Source: an uncultured virus (IMG/VR IMGVR_UViG_3300008954_000034) (lineage: Duplodnaviria > Heunggongvirae > Uroviricota > Caudoviricetes). From it: DNA of 20,000 nt. The DNA lies in the IMG/VR virus record IMGVR_UViG_3300008954_000034, positions 57,955 through 77,954 of that record; one strand, 5' to 3'. Positions 1 to 6,545 of the stretch are shown in pieces. A program made the position numbers and the translations under genes. The notes under the pieces are model-generated. The model was not told where the DNA came from. It saw only the letters and a program-made list of their open reading frames with translations, and ran no database searches. Within the stretch, counting starts at the first letter, position 1. Every line of letters starts with the position of its first letter.

Positions 1-511
1 CATGGGGAAAATATACGCTCCGAATTGCAGACATGATCCTGTCATTGATCGAGTATACAGATCCATCCCACAGTGGAAAGGCGAGAATTGTTTTATCAAA
101 GCTGGATAGATCATTAACAACTACAACGTCTAGTGGATTCATCACATAAACAAACCTGATATTGTCTTCCGTCACATTATTAATGTTGTAAGTGAGATGC
201 GTAATGTTAGCACTAATATGAACAACCAAGTCAACCAACCCGGCCCACGTGTCAAGCTGCCCCGGTTGACTTGTGTAAGCTGCTTTGTAGGAAACATCAC
301 CCGCCGACCCAATCCCCTCACTTGTAACAAAGGTCTGATTGATCACAGATGTCTGCTGACTGGTAAGATAGCGAAAGGCAATAGTACTTCCAGTTGTTCG
401 AGCTTTGAGTGCAATGATAAACTCAGAAACCCGGTCGTAGGCAACAAGTGCCCCACCACTCTCATAGGCCATTGCATCTTCTGGATCGAGCGCTATGGCA
501 ATTGATGGCAT
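1..511 (-). CDS. Hypothetical protein, runs off the window start (>=170 aa, MPSIAIALDPEDAMAYESGG...)
   Basis: Not in the ORF track. Manual translation gives ATG at 511, SD GAGG upstream and no stop down to position 2. Confidence 0.8.
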   Translation of the reverse strand, partial: MPSIAIALDPEDAMAYESGGALVAYDRVSEFIIALKARTTGSTIAFRYLTSQQTSVINQTFVTSEGIGSAGDVSYKAAYTSQPGQLDTWAGLVDLVVHISANITHLTYNINNVTEDNIRFVYVMNPLDVVVVNDLSSFDKTILAFPLWDGSVYSINDRIMSAIRSVYFPH

Positions 512-633
512 AACCAGTCCTCAAAACTTTGTGCGAGAGCTTTCTCCCTCACCGGTACTAACTCTCGCACGGGGCGCAGGAGGTCAACGACTCGTACAGC
601 CTGTGGGGAGAATCGCTGCATCCATGGAAATAC

Positions 634-1173
634 TCACTTCTGCTTGTTACGTTTCCGGTTGGCCTTGGTCAGTTCTGGCTTGGGAATCAGGTCGAGCAGT
701 GGTTTGCACGGCCCCCAGACAACGAAGAACCCTGCACCATACAGCGCAAGTAACTCGAAAGTAAACTTCCAGCCAGCACCCCATGGCACCGTTACAGTCA
801 AACTTCCCGTGACAGCCTCAGCTACGGCGACTACGAGGTATGAAAAGGTCATTGCAATGATAACCCCGCGTATGGTTCCAAGCGCGTGAACCGCGTCGCT
901 GAATAGACTAATGCCCTGTTCAAAGAAGCTGATAAGCCACGGTGGATAGTTGTCGTACCATAGTTCTTTCATCGGAAGATACAGAGACCGTTCGCTGTGA
1001 TGCCAAGCGTACGAGTTAGTCCACCACTCTCTGGACAGCGGGGAGACTAGAAAGTCTCGAACCGAGTCCGGGACTCGTTTCATGAAATGGTCGCGGAGTG
1101 CGTGAATTGCACCGAGTACAATCATCACAATTCGCAGCACCCAGATAAGATGACCAAGTAAGAAATCCATCAT
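634..1173 (-). CDS. Hypothetical multi-pass membrane protein
   Basis: 179 aa with about three hydrophobic segments; ATGA overlap with the upstream gene. Confidence 0.75.
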   Translation of the reverse strand: MMDFLLGHLIWVLRIVMIVLGAIHALRDHFMKRVPDSVRDFLVSPLSREWWTNSYAWHHSERSLYLPMKELWYDNYPPWLISFFEQGISLFSDAVHALGTIRGVIIAMTFSYLVVAVAEAVTGSLTVTVPWGAGWKFTFELLALYGAGFFVVWGPCKPLLDLIPKPELTKANRKRNKQK

Positions 1174-1805
1174 GACTCCGCATCTTGTTCACTTAATGGT
1201 AGTTCATTATACCAGTATTCGTACGCCGTTTTCCACTGAAACTCGTCGGGGGTGTAAACTTCCCCGCGACTACACTCAAGACACGACGTACTAATCTCCC
1301 CACCCTCAAGGTAAATGTAATAGGTCTTTTCGCCACACTGCGGACACTTCGGCGTTCTTATTGGACGAGGCAGGGACTTCCATAACAACCGAAACTCAGC
1401 CTCAACCAGCTTAATCGTACGGGGGTCTTTGGAGTACTCCTCCAGCAGTTCCCGCCTCGTCCGATAGAAGGCCACGGAGTACTGAGTCCGACGCATTCCG
1501 GGTTTAATCTTCTTTGACAGGTACTTGAAAAACTTAGTGTCTCGCAGTACGAGCATCGTCCGGACAGGCCAGTTATCGCGGAATGGTGGAATGAATGACT
1601 CAATGGTAGATCGTCCGAGGTCGCCAATCTGAAAGTACCTACCGTTCTTCGACCGCCGTACGTAACGCGGTGTTAGCCTGTCGGCGGATTCCCGGTAGGT
1701 CTCGTCGGTGAACTCAAGTCGGTTCAGTTCACCCTTTACACGTGCCCGCTCGGTCTGTACGTACAACTTGGTCAGGACTGCGATATCTTGCGCGTACAGC
1801 ATCAT
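1170..1805 (-). CDS. Hypothetical protein with C-terminal zinc ribbon
   Basis: CPQC-x17-CLEC motif; ATGA overlaps on both sides. Confidence 0.75.
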   Translation of the reverse strand: MMLYAQDIAVLTKLYVQTERARVKGELNRLEFTDETYRESADRLTPRYVRRSKNGRYFQIGDLGRSTIESFIPPFRDNWPVRTMLVLRDTKFFKYLSKKIKPGMRRTQYSVAFYRTRRELLEEYSKDPRTIKLVEAEFRLLWKSLPRPIRTPKCPQCGEKTYYIYLEGGEISTSCLECSRGEVYTPDEFQWKTAYEYWYNELPLSEQDAES

Positions 1806-2077
1806 AGATGAACGCCCAGTCCGGTTGTTAGCACCTCAAAGAACTTGGCCTCGTCGACGATCTTGGTGGTGCTGGCCGAGTCGTCTCGGACCAAGGACAG
1901 ACGAACTCGACGGTCGCACACACCTTCAACTTCTGGAACGACGTCAATGGAAAGTTTGAATGACTCGTTATCTTGCTCGCCATGTACAACTAATGGGCCA
2001 GCCCCTGCATCAATCTGCTCACGCTGCTCACGGATGGTTGATAGTAGGGCGGACTTCTCGAATTGCTGCTCCGACAT
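1802..2077 (-). CDS. Hypothetical protein
   Basis: SD GAGGT; lies directly downstream of promoter cassette 1. Confidence 0.75.
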   Translation of the reverse strand: MSEQQFEKSALLSTIREQREQIDAGAGPLVVHGEQDNESFKLSIDVVPEVEGVCDRRVRLSLVRDDSASTTKIVDEAKFFEVLTTGLGVHL

Positions 2078-2100
2078 AAAAACCTCAGGTGGTTATGGTT

Positions 2101-2155
2101 ACATCAACATGATAAAGAAAAACCCCTACAGGGTCAAGTGCTCCTGTAGAGGTTT
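2101..2155 (-). promoter_or_regulatory. Terminator/promoter cassette 1
   Basis: TTGACC(2132-2137)-N17-TATCAT(2109-2114); hairpin AAACCTCTACAGG/CCTGTAGGGGTTT followed by a T-rich tract. Confidence 0.8.
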
Positions 2156-2172
2156 GTGGGGTTCCGGTCGTT

Positions 2173-2487
2173 TTACTTTGGTTCGGTCGCCTGTGTCAGG
2201 GCGGCAAGATTTACGTGATATGTCTTGGAAGTCCAAGAGTTGCCTTCGTAGTCAAGTTCAAAAACCAGCTCGGTCTCGCCCTTGGCGATCTTCTCGCCGG
2301 TGATCCGGCAGCGGGCTCGGCCAGTTGCGGTCTTTATCTCGATCAGGCTGTTCGGGTTGAACCAAGGTGTGCGGCTGATGATGGTGTCCTTATCTCCCCG
2401 CACACTGTTGCGATGGTTTTCATAAGCCTCTGCAAGTTCGTGAATCTCGTTTGCGGGCAGGGTCTTGAATTCGGTCTTGGTTTCCAT
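2173..2487 (-). CDS. Hypothetical protein with degenerate PARP-type zinc-finger-like motif
   Basis: Start reassigned to METK (SD GGAGG). TATGRARCRITGEKIAKGE...YH resembles the zf-PARP pattern AKSGRSxCxxCxxKIxKGE with some Cys missing. Confidence 0.65.
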   Translation of the reverse strand: METKTEFKTLPANEIHELAEAYENHRNSVRGDKDTIISRTPWFNPNSLIEIKTATGRARCRITGEKIAKGETELVFELDYEGNSWTSKTYHVNLAALTQATEPK

Positions 2488-2513
2488 GGGGCGTCCTCCG
2501 GGGTTGTTTACTT

Positions 2514-2582
2514 TGCACATGTACATGATAACACAAAGCGAGCCGGAAAGCAACCTCATGTACATGAGATGCTCTCCGGCTC
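2514..2582 (-). promoter_or_regulatory. Terminator/promoter cassette 2 (long-hairpin type)
   Basis: TTGCTT(2548-2553)-N17-TATCAT(2525-2530); hairpin 2540-2582 centred on CTCATGTACATGAG; second CATGTACATG overlaps the -10. Confidence 0.8.
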
Positions 2583-2596
2583 TTAAGCGAGGATAC

Positions 2597-2945
2597 TGGT
2601 GGAGACGTGGGGAATCGAACCCCAGTCCGAATGGTTTTACCAACCCCATTCTACGTGCGTAGTCTACTCAGACCGCAGACAGGTCATCACCGTGTATTTT
2701 GTGCTCCGGGACACGATAAAACCGGATCAACACAACCCAGAGGATTGAAGTGCCGACATTTGTCGACCGGAAATCCTGAGTCGCTATCGGCTTGCTACTC
2801 AGGGTCCGGGAGATGACTACTGTTTAAGCAGCCGCTCTCAAGGGAGTTTGCTCTTCAGCAATTATGGATGTTCTGCCCTCTTGCAGTTGGACAGCCACTG
2901 GCACGCATGAAATCAACTTACCACCCGTCGAAACCAATCGTCCCC
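2597..2945 (-). ncRNA. ssrA: tmRNA, 349 nt, tag (A)AEEQTPLRAAA*
   Basis: 5' GGGGACG pairs with 3' CGTCTCC-A-CCA with the G3-U alanine determinant; T-arm GGGGTTCGATTCCCC; ATAATT-GCT resume context; tag ORF at 2824-2859. Confidence 0.96.
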
Positions 2946-2947
2946 GC

Positions 2948-2959
2948 TTGTGAAAGATC
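2948..2959 (-). promoter_or_regulatory. boxA-like motif (GATCTTTCACAA) directly before the tmRNA
   Basis: Resembles rrn boxA (GCTCTTTAACA); similar motifs occur at 3612, 3912 and 4211. Confidence 0.5.
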
Positions 2960-2973
2960 AATGGTACAAACTT

Positions 2974-3474
2974 CTATTCACCGTCAGCTAGTGTACGCTG
3001 TGAATTCTTAATCACCGTCTGCACTGAATCAGCTGCGGCTGTCATTCCAGCCCGGTAGTACAAGTTACCTAAAAACCAGCGGAAGAAGTTAATGCCTTGT
3101 AACGTACCGGCAGTAGCCTCTTCCCCCTGTAAGAGCAGCTGTTCCTCCCATCTCGGAAGGATCAGCTCCATCGCAGTTACAGTCACAATAGGAGAAACTG
3201 ATCTGTGGTCGGCGAGCTGGTAATAGCAATATACAGTCACCGCTCTATCACGGAGTGCGTTGATCGACTCAGGTCCAAACAACGTGACTGCCAGCTCAGC
3301 AGCTGCACTCGAGTTAGTATAAGCAACATAAAAGTTCTCGTCAAGCGCATCGTAGTAAGCAGTCACACGTAGTGACTTATACAAGAGCTCGTCCATACTC
3401 AGTTCTTGCTCTGGTTGGCCCAGAACCATGGAAGTGAGCATTAACGATAATAGCAATGTCAAGATGTACTTCAT
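2974..3474 (-). CDS. Hypothetical exported protein (Sec signal peptide)
   Basis: N-terminus MKYILTLLLSLMLTSMVLG-Q; 166 aa; SD AGGA. Confidence 0.75.
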   Translation of the reverse strand: MKYILTLLLSLMLTSMVLGQPEQELSMDELLYKSLRVTAYYDALDENFYVAYTNSSAAAELAVTLFGPESINALRDRAVTVYCYYQLADHRSVSPIVTVTAMELILPRWEEQLLLQGEEATAGTLQGINFFRWFLGNLYYRAGMTAAADSVQTVIKNSQRTLADGE

Positions 3475-3495
3475 GGTCTTCTATCCTGTTAGACT

Positions 3496-3610
3496 GAGAC
3501 GGTGCAGCCCTATTAGCAACCAAGCACGTGGCTGGTGCAGGATGGATACTGCACCGTCTCTTAATCGAACCCGGTGCCGCGAGATTCCACCTCGTGGAAA
3601 GGTTCAATGG
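3496..3610 (-). ncRNA. Putative structured RNA D
   Basis: Perfect 12-bp inverted repeat GAGACGGTGCAG/CTGCACCGTCTC (3496-3560) with an internal hairpin; TTCCAC/GTGGAA hairpin; GGGTTCGATT T-loop-like motif. Confidence 0.45.
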
Positions 3611-3621
3611 GTTGTCAAAGT

Positions 3622-3712
3622 CTGGTGGTCGACTGGTTCTCCGGAGGAGTCGTTCCCCAGCCTCTGGAACAGAGCCGCAGCGCTCCTCACACTACGGTTG
3701 CCCCACCACCAG
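3622..3712 (-). ncRNA. Putative structured RNA C (possibly a degenerate tRNA-like element)
   Basis: Closing stem CTGGTGGT/ACCACCAG; inner GAGGAG/CTCCTC and CTCTG/CAGAG stems. Confidence 0.45.
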
Positions 3713-3716
3713 TTTG

Positions 3717-3792
3717 TCGGAGATACAGGATTCGAACCTGTGGCCCCCTGCTCCCAAAGCAGGTGCGCTCTACCGGACTGCGCCAATCTCCG
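3717..3792 (-). tRNA. tRNA-Pro(UGG), CCA not encoded
   Basis: Full cloverleaf: CGGAGAT/ATCTCCG acceptor, GCGC D-stem, CCTGC-TTTGGGA-GCAGG anticodon arm, ACAGG-TTCGAAT-CCTGT T-arm. Confidence 0.96.
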
Positions 3793-3794
3793 AT

Positions 3795-3904
3795 GAGGAG
3801 TCACCACTTGCCCCGTTGCCCGCGTTCGCGGTTCAGCCGCTCTGTCGCCTTAATCCCCGTTTCCGGTTGAGGCCGAGAGCCAACGTTGGGTTCGTGACAA
3901 CCCC
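3795..3904 (-). ncRNA. Putative structured RNA B (~110 nt)
   Basis: Nested stems GTCAC/GTGAC, CGTTG/CAACG, GCTCT/AGAGC; CCG-GAAA-CGG tetraloop; CCGC-GAAC-GCGG side hairpin. Confidence 0.55.
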
Positions 3905-3921
3905 TGTCTGATTGTCAAAGT

Positions 3922-4212
3922 AACCTGCTGATAATACTACCTACACCCCACATTACACCAATGCTGCGGGGAGGCCAGTACCGGTTACCAACCACCGCGC
4001 ACTACAAAGGTTCATCTGACAGCCATCGACGCAGATGTTAGCGTCAGAATGGGTCACCCACTCCCACATTCCTCAATAGTATCCAACCGTAGTCAGCGCC
4101 AGAAAAGGAAAGTGTTAGTCTCCAGTTCTATTGATCTACGATCTGAGGTAGCAAGGACTCCACATCGTTCCACAGAACTTCGGACGGTCCTTGGTCTCGT
4201 ATTCAGCAGGTT
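3922..4212 (-). ncRNA. Putative large structured RNA A (~290 nt)
   Basis: Termini pair AACCTGCTGA-ATAC / GTAT-TA-TCAGCAGGTT; several internal stems; no credible ORF. Confidence 0.6.
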
Positions 4213-4222
4213 GTCAAAGAAC
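4211..4222 (-). promoter_or_regulatory. boxA-like antitermination motif GTTCTTTGACAA
   Basis: Close match to rrn boxA; follows a promoter and a leader hairpin (GAGCGAG/CTCGCTC, 4272-4297). Confidence 0.6.
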
Positions 4223-4304
4223 GTTCCCGCTACTTGGTCCATCCACACGAGCGGTCAGCGTGGTTGTCGATGAGCGAGGCTATGCCATGGCTCGCTCTGG
4301 TACT

Positions 4305-4333
4305 AATATACGTTCAACCGGGCTACGCAGCAA
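4305..4333 (-). promoter_or_regulatory. Sigma70-type promoter of the RNA cluster
   Basis: TTGCTG(4328-4333)-N17-TATATT(4305-4310). Confidence 0.55.
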
Positions 4334-4850
4334 CTGCCGCCCGGACCCTCTTCATCTCATCCTGCAACCACTCAAACTTGAGCTGTTCGAATGCTCGAAA
4401 GGCTGGAATGCACTCCGGGCCGCCGTTCCACAAGTCCGGATGATCTCGAATGGTAAGCTGGGTCGCGGTACTGCGGACCAAGTCATCCACGTGATCGAGA
4501 TGGTTGATCTCGCGGCACGCCTCGTAAAGCTCAATGGCGCTGCTGTAAATCCGCAGTCCAAGCAGGTGGCTCTTGGCAGCGTACGCTGCGGCCTTCTTAT
4601 CCTCGTGCCCGCTGCTGCAAATGCAAGGATAAAGACACTCTGGATCGTCCGTGTGAATCAGGAAATACCCCCAGCCATTGCGCGGGTCGCGGAAGACGAC
4701 CGCTGTCTGCTTGTCGCTGGTGATGTACATCGGGGCGTAGCTGCCACCAAGCATCTTCTGAATCTTGTGCCCGGCGTCTTGCTTGGCTGCGGTCACGTTG
4801 CGACCCTCGCCCTCAACACCGTAGTACTCGACCTTGACCTTGGTACTCAT
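4323..4850 (-). CDS. Hypothetical protein
   Basis: SD GGAGG; downstream of cassette 3; C-terminus ...QLKFEW...RAAVAA. Confidence 0.85.
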   Translation of the reverse strand: MSTKVKVEYYGVEGEGRNVTAAKQDAGHKIQKMLGGSYAPMYITSDKQTAVVFRDPRNGWGYFLIHTDDPECLYPCICSSGHEDKKAAAYAAKSHLLGLRIYSSAIELYEACREINHLDHVDDLVRSTATQLTIRDHPDLWNGGPECIPAFRAFEQLKFEWLQDEMKRVRAAVAA

Positions 4851-4874
4851 AAAATCCTCCAGTGGTTGTTACAT

Positions 4875-4929
4875 TGCACATCTACATGATAAGAAAAGCC
4901 CCTGCTGGATGCAAGCTCCAACAGAGGCT
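4875..4929 (-). promoter_or_regulatory. Terminator/promoter cassette 3
   Basis: TTGCAT(4909-4914)-N17-TATCAT(4886-4891); 13-bp stem AGCCTCTGTTGGA/TCCAGCAGGGGCT with two G-U pairs. Confidence 0.85.
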
Positions 4930-4947
4930 CTTGTATAACTTAGTGAA

Positions 4948-5253
4948 TCAGTTCATCGAGTGGTCCGCAACCTTCGGGGTCTCGACCGGGACGGGAACCA
5001 GCCGGTAGTTCTCGTCGCCCTCGGTGATGCTGCCGGACATCCGACCGCCGTTGCCACCGAAGTGAATGTAGAAGCAGCAGTAAGCCCGACCGTCGATGAG
5101 GTTGTCACCCCGGGCGTGAACTTCTGCGATCTCATACGGACCGTGGTACTTGGCGTTTGGCTTGGCCACGCTCGGCGTGGTGAAAGCCTGCATGTCGAGG
5201 GTCCACTCCAGCCACATTCCGGGCTGCAAGGATTCTACTTCGGCGCGGGTCAT
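4948..5253 (-). CDS. Hypothetical protein
   Basis: SD GGAGGT; single gene between cassettes 4 and 3. Confidence 0.85.
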   Translation of the reverse strand: MTRAEVESLQPGMWLEWTLDMQAFTTPSVAKPNAKYHGPYEIAEVHARGDNLIDGRAYCCFYIHFGGNGGRMSGSITEGDENYRLVPVPVETPKVADHSMN

Positions 5254-5288
5254 GGTGACCTCCGGGTTAGGTTACGGGCGGTGCCCGA

Positions 5289-5340
5289 TGCACATGTACA
5301 TGATAACAAAACCCCCTATAGGATGCAAGTCCTATAGAGG
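5289..5340 (-). promoter_or_regulatory. Terminator/promoter cassette 4
   Basis: TTGCAT(5323-5328)-N17-TATCAT(5300-5305); stem CCTCTATAGGA/TCCTATAGGGG. Confidence 0.85.
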
Positions 5341-5481
5341 ATTAGTAAGAGCACACATGACTGCGTTGTTGAAAACCGAGGAGTCTGAGGCTACTTATCC
5401 CATCCAATAACCTCGATAAGAACTGCGAATTCATCACCGGTTGGAATTGAAATCTGGTTTCCACCCTTTTAGTTTCAAAAC

Positions 5482-5507
5482 CTCGGTGGAGCTTTCACCC
5501 CACCGAG
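5482..5507 (-). terminator. GNRA-capped hairpin, probable intrinsic terminator
   Basis: CTCGGTGGGGT-GAAA-GCTCCACCGAG followed by GTTTT. Confidence 0.55.
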
Positions 5508-5588
5508 ATCCAAGGGGAAGGAGGCACTACCTGCCGAAGATGCCTCACACAATGATAGACAAAGCGAGAACCCCATGGACCTCGTTTA

Positions 5589-5939
5589 TCACCATAGTTT
5601 GATCATTCGCTGCGGCTTTGGTTTCGGTGCGGGAGCGAACTTCAAAATCCCCGGTGCGATGTTGTTTTCCGGTCGCAAGCGGTCGGGCATCTCCGGGCGA
5701 CCAAATCCAAGAATCACGTCTCCTGCGACCTGCATCGCCTCCTCCGGCGACCGACCACGGTCAAGGGCGTCGTTGATGGCTGCGTTGAACTGTTCCACCC
5801 GTTCCGGGGTGTTGACCACTTCACACATCGGACCTTGCCCGGCTTCTGACGGTGGTTGCATGGTCCACAAAACTTCAGGGTCTTGCCCGACCATCTTACA
5901 GACACGAACAAGACCCTGCGGCACGTCGCTGTGTTCCAT
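5589..5939 (-). CDS. Hypothetical protein
   Basis: SD AAGGAG; starts 3 nt after the upstream stop. Confidence 0.8.
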   Translation of the reverse strand: MEHSDVPQGLVRVCKMVGQDPEVLWTMQPPSEAGQGPMCEVVNTPERVEQFNAAINDALDRGRSPEEAMQVAGDVILGFGRPEMPDRLRPENNIAPGILKFAPAPKPKPQRMIKLW

Positions 5940-5942
5940 CGG

Positions 5943-6449
5943 CTACTTCTCCTTGTTATGAACTGGAAGTTCCATGCACTTTTCGCATGTCACTGGAGTG
6001 CTGTCGTCCACAATCGTCATCCGAGCTCCCAACAAGCGGCTGCGTGACTGCATCTTCACTGCACCGCATGATGGCTGGTATAGTTCGTCTGTTGAAATCT
6101 TCAGGGTAGCATAGTGAATGTGGGTGCCGTCGCCGACGCGGACCTTGACTACTTTGTAGTCGCTCATGTCAGGTGGCATGGGCTTACGGGTCTCGAACCG
6201 TTCCCATGCGTGCTGACGGACGGTGTCTGGGTCCAGTGGCTTATCGTAGTCGGTGTGCCCATCTGCCTTGTTCTCAAAGCAGCAAGCGTAGAAGCAGGAT
6301 ATGTATGGAAACTCAGTGCTTCCCGGGTTTTCAACCTTGTCGAAGCCGGGAAGTGTAATCCAGTAAGTCCCCATCCCCTTTGGATAGCTATCGCGGCGTA
6401 CGTGCCCGCCAGCGTCTTGGATGGCCTTACGGAATGCGCGGTCTTTCAT
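5943..6449 (-). CDS. Hypothetical protein with C-terminal H...CG...VTCxxC zinc finger
   Basis: SD GGAGG; downstream of cassette 5; HYAT...PSCG...PVTCEKC. Confidence 0.8.
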   Translation of the reverse strand: MKDRAFRKAIQDAGGHVRRDSYPKGMGTYWITLPGFDKVENPGSTEFPYISCFYACCFENKADGHTDYDKPLDPDTVRQHAWERFETRKPMPPDMSDYKVVKVRVGDGTHIHYATLKISTDELYQPSCGAVKMQSRSRLLGARMTIVDDSTPVTCEKCMELPVHNKEK

Positions 6450-6470
6450 GGTATCCTCCAGTGTTGATTA

Positions 6471-6523
6471 TGCACATGTACATGATAAGAAAAACCTCTA
6501 TAGGATGCAAGTCCTATAGAGGT
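6471..6523 (-). promoter_or_regulatory. Terminator/promoter cassette 5
   Basis: TTGCAT(6505-6510)-N17-TATCAT(6482-6487); perfect 12-bp stem ACCTCTATAGGA/TCCTATAGAGGT followed by TTTT. Confidence 0.85.
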
Positions 6524-6545
6524 ATCTAAGAGAATATCGTTAGGT

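Noticed and set aside
531..570. 9-bp inverted repeat GTGCGAGAG/CTCTCGCAC
   Set aside because: It has a 22-nt loop and no adjacent U-tract; it may be a leader hairpin but cannot be assigned.
2597..2640. tmRNA 3' end as a prophage attachment site
   Set aside because: No duplicate 3' end or integrase is in the window, and phage-like genes flank both sides.
2488..2649. N-terminal extension of ORF 2173-2649 and similar long starts at 9085, 10632, 14633, 14974 and 19016
   Set aside because: These overlap the tmRNA, promoter cassettes or neighbouring genes; internal starts have a better SD or translational coupling.
3795..3904. RNA B as SRP (4.5S) RNA
   Set aside because: It has a GNRA tetraloop but lacks the conserved CAGG/AGCA internal loop.
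3922..4212. RNA A as RNase P RNA or 6S RNA
   Set aside because: GAGGAATGT only loosely resembles GAGGAAAGTCC and the 3' P4 strand is absent. It is too long and branched for 6S.
3612..4220. TTGACA in the CTTTGACAA motifs as -35 boxes
   Set aside because: No plausible -10 hexamer lies at the expected spacing; a boxA-like reading fits better.
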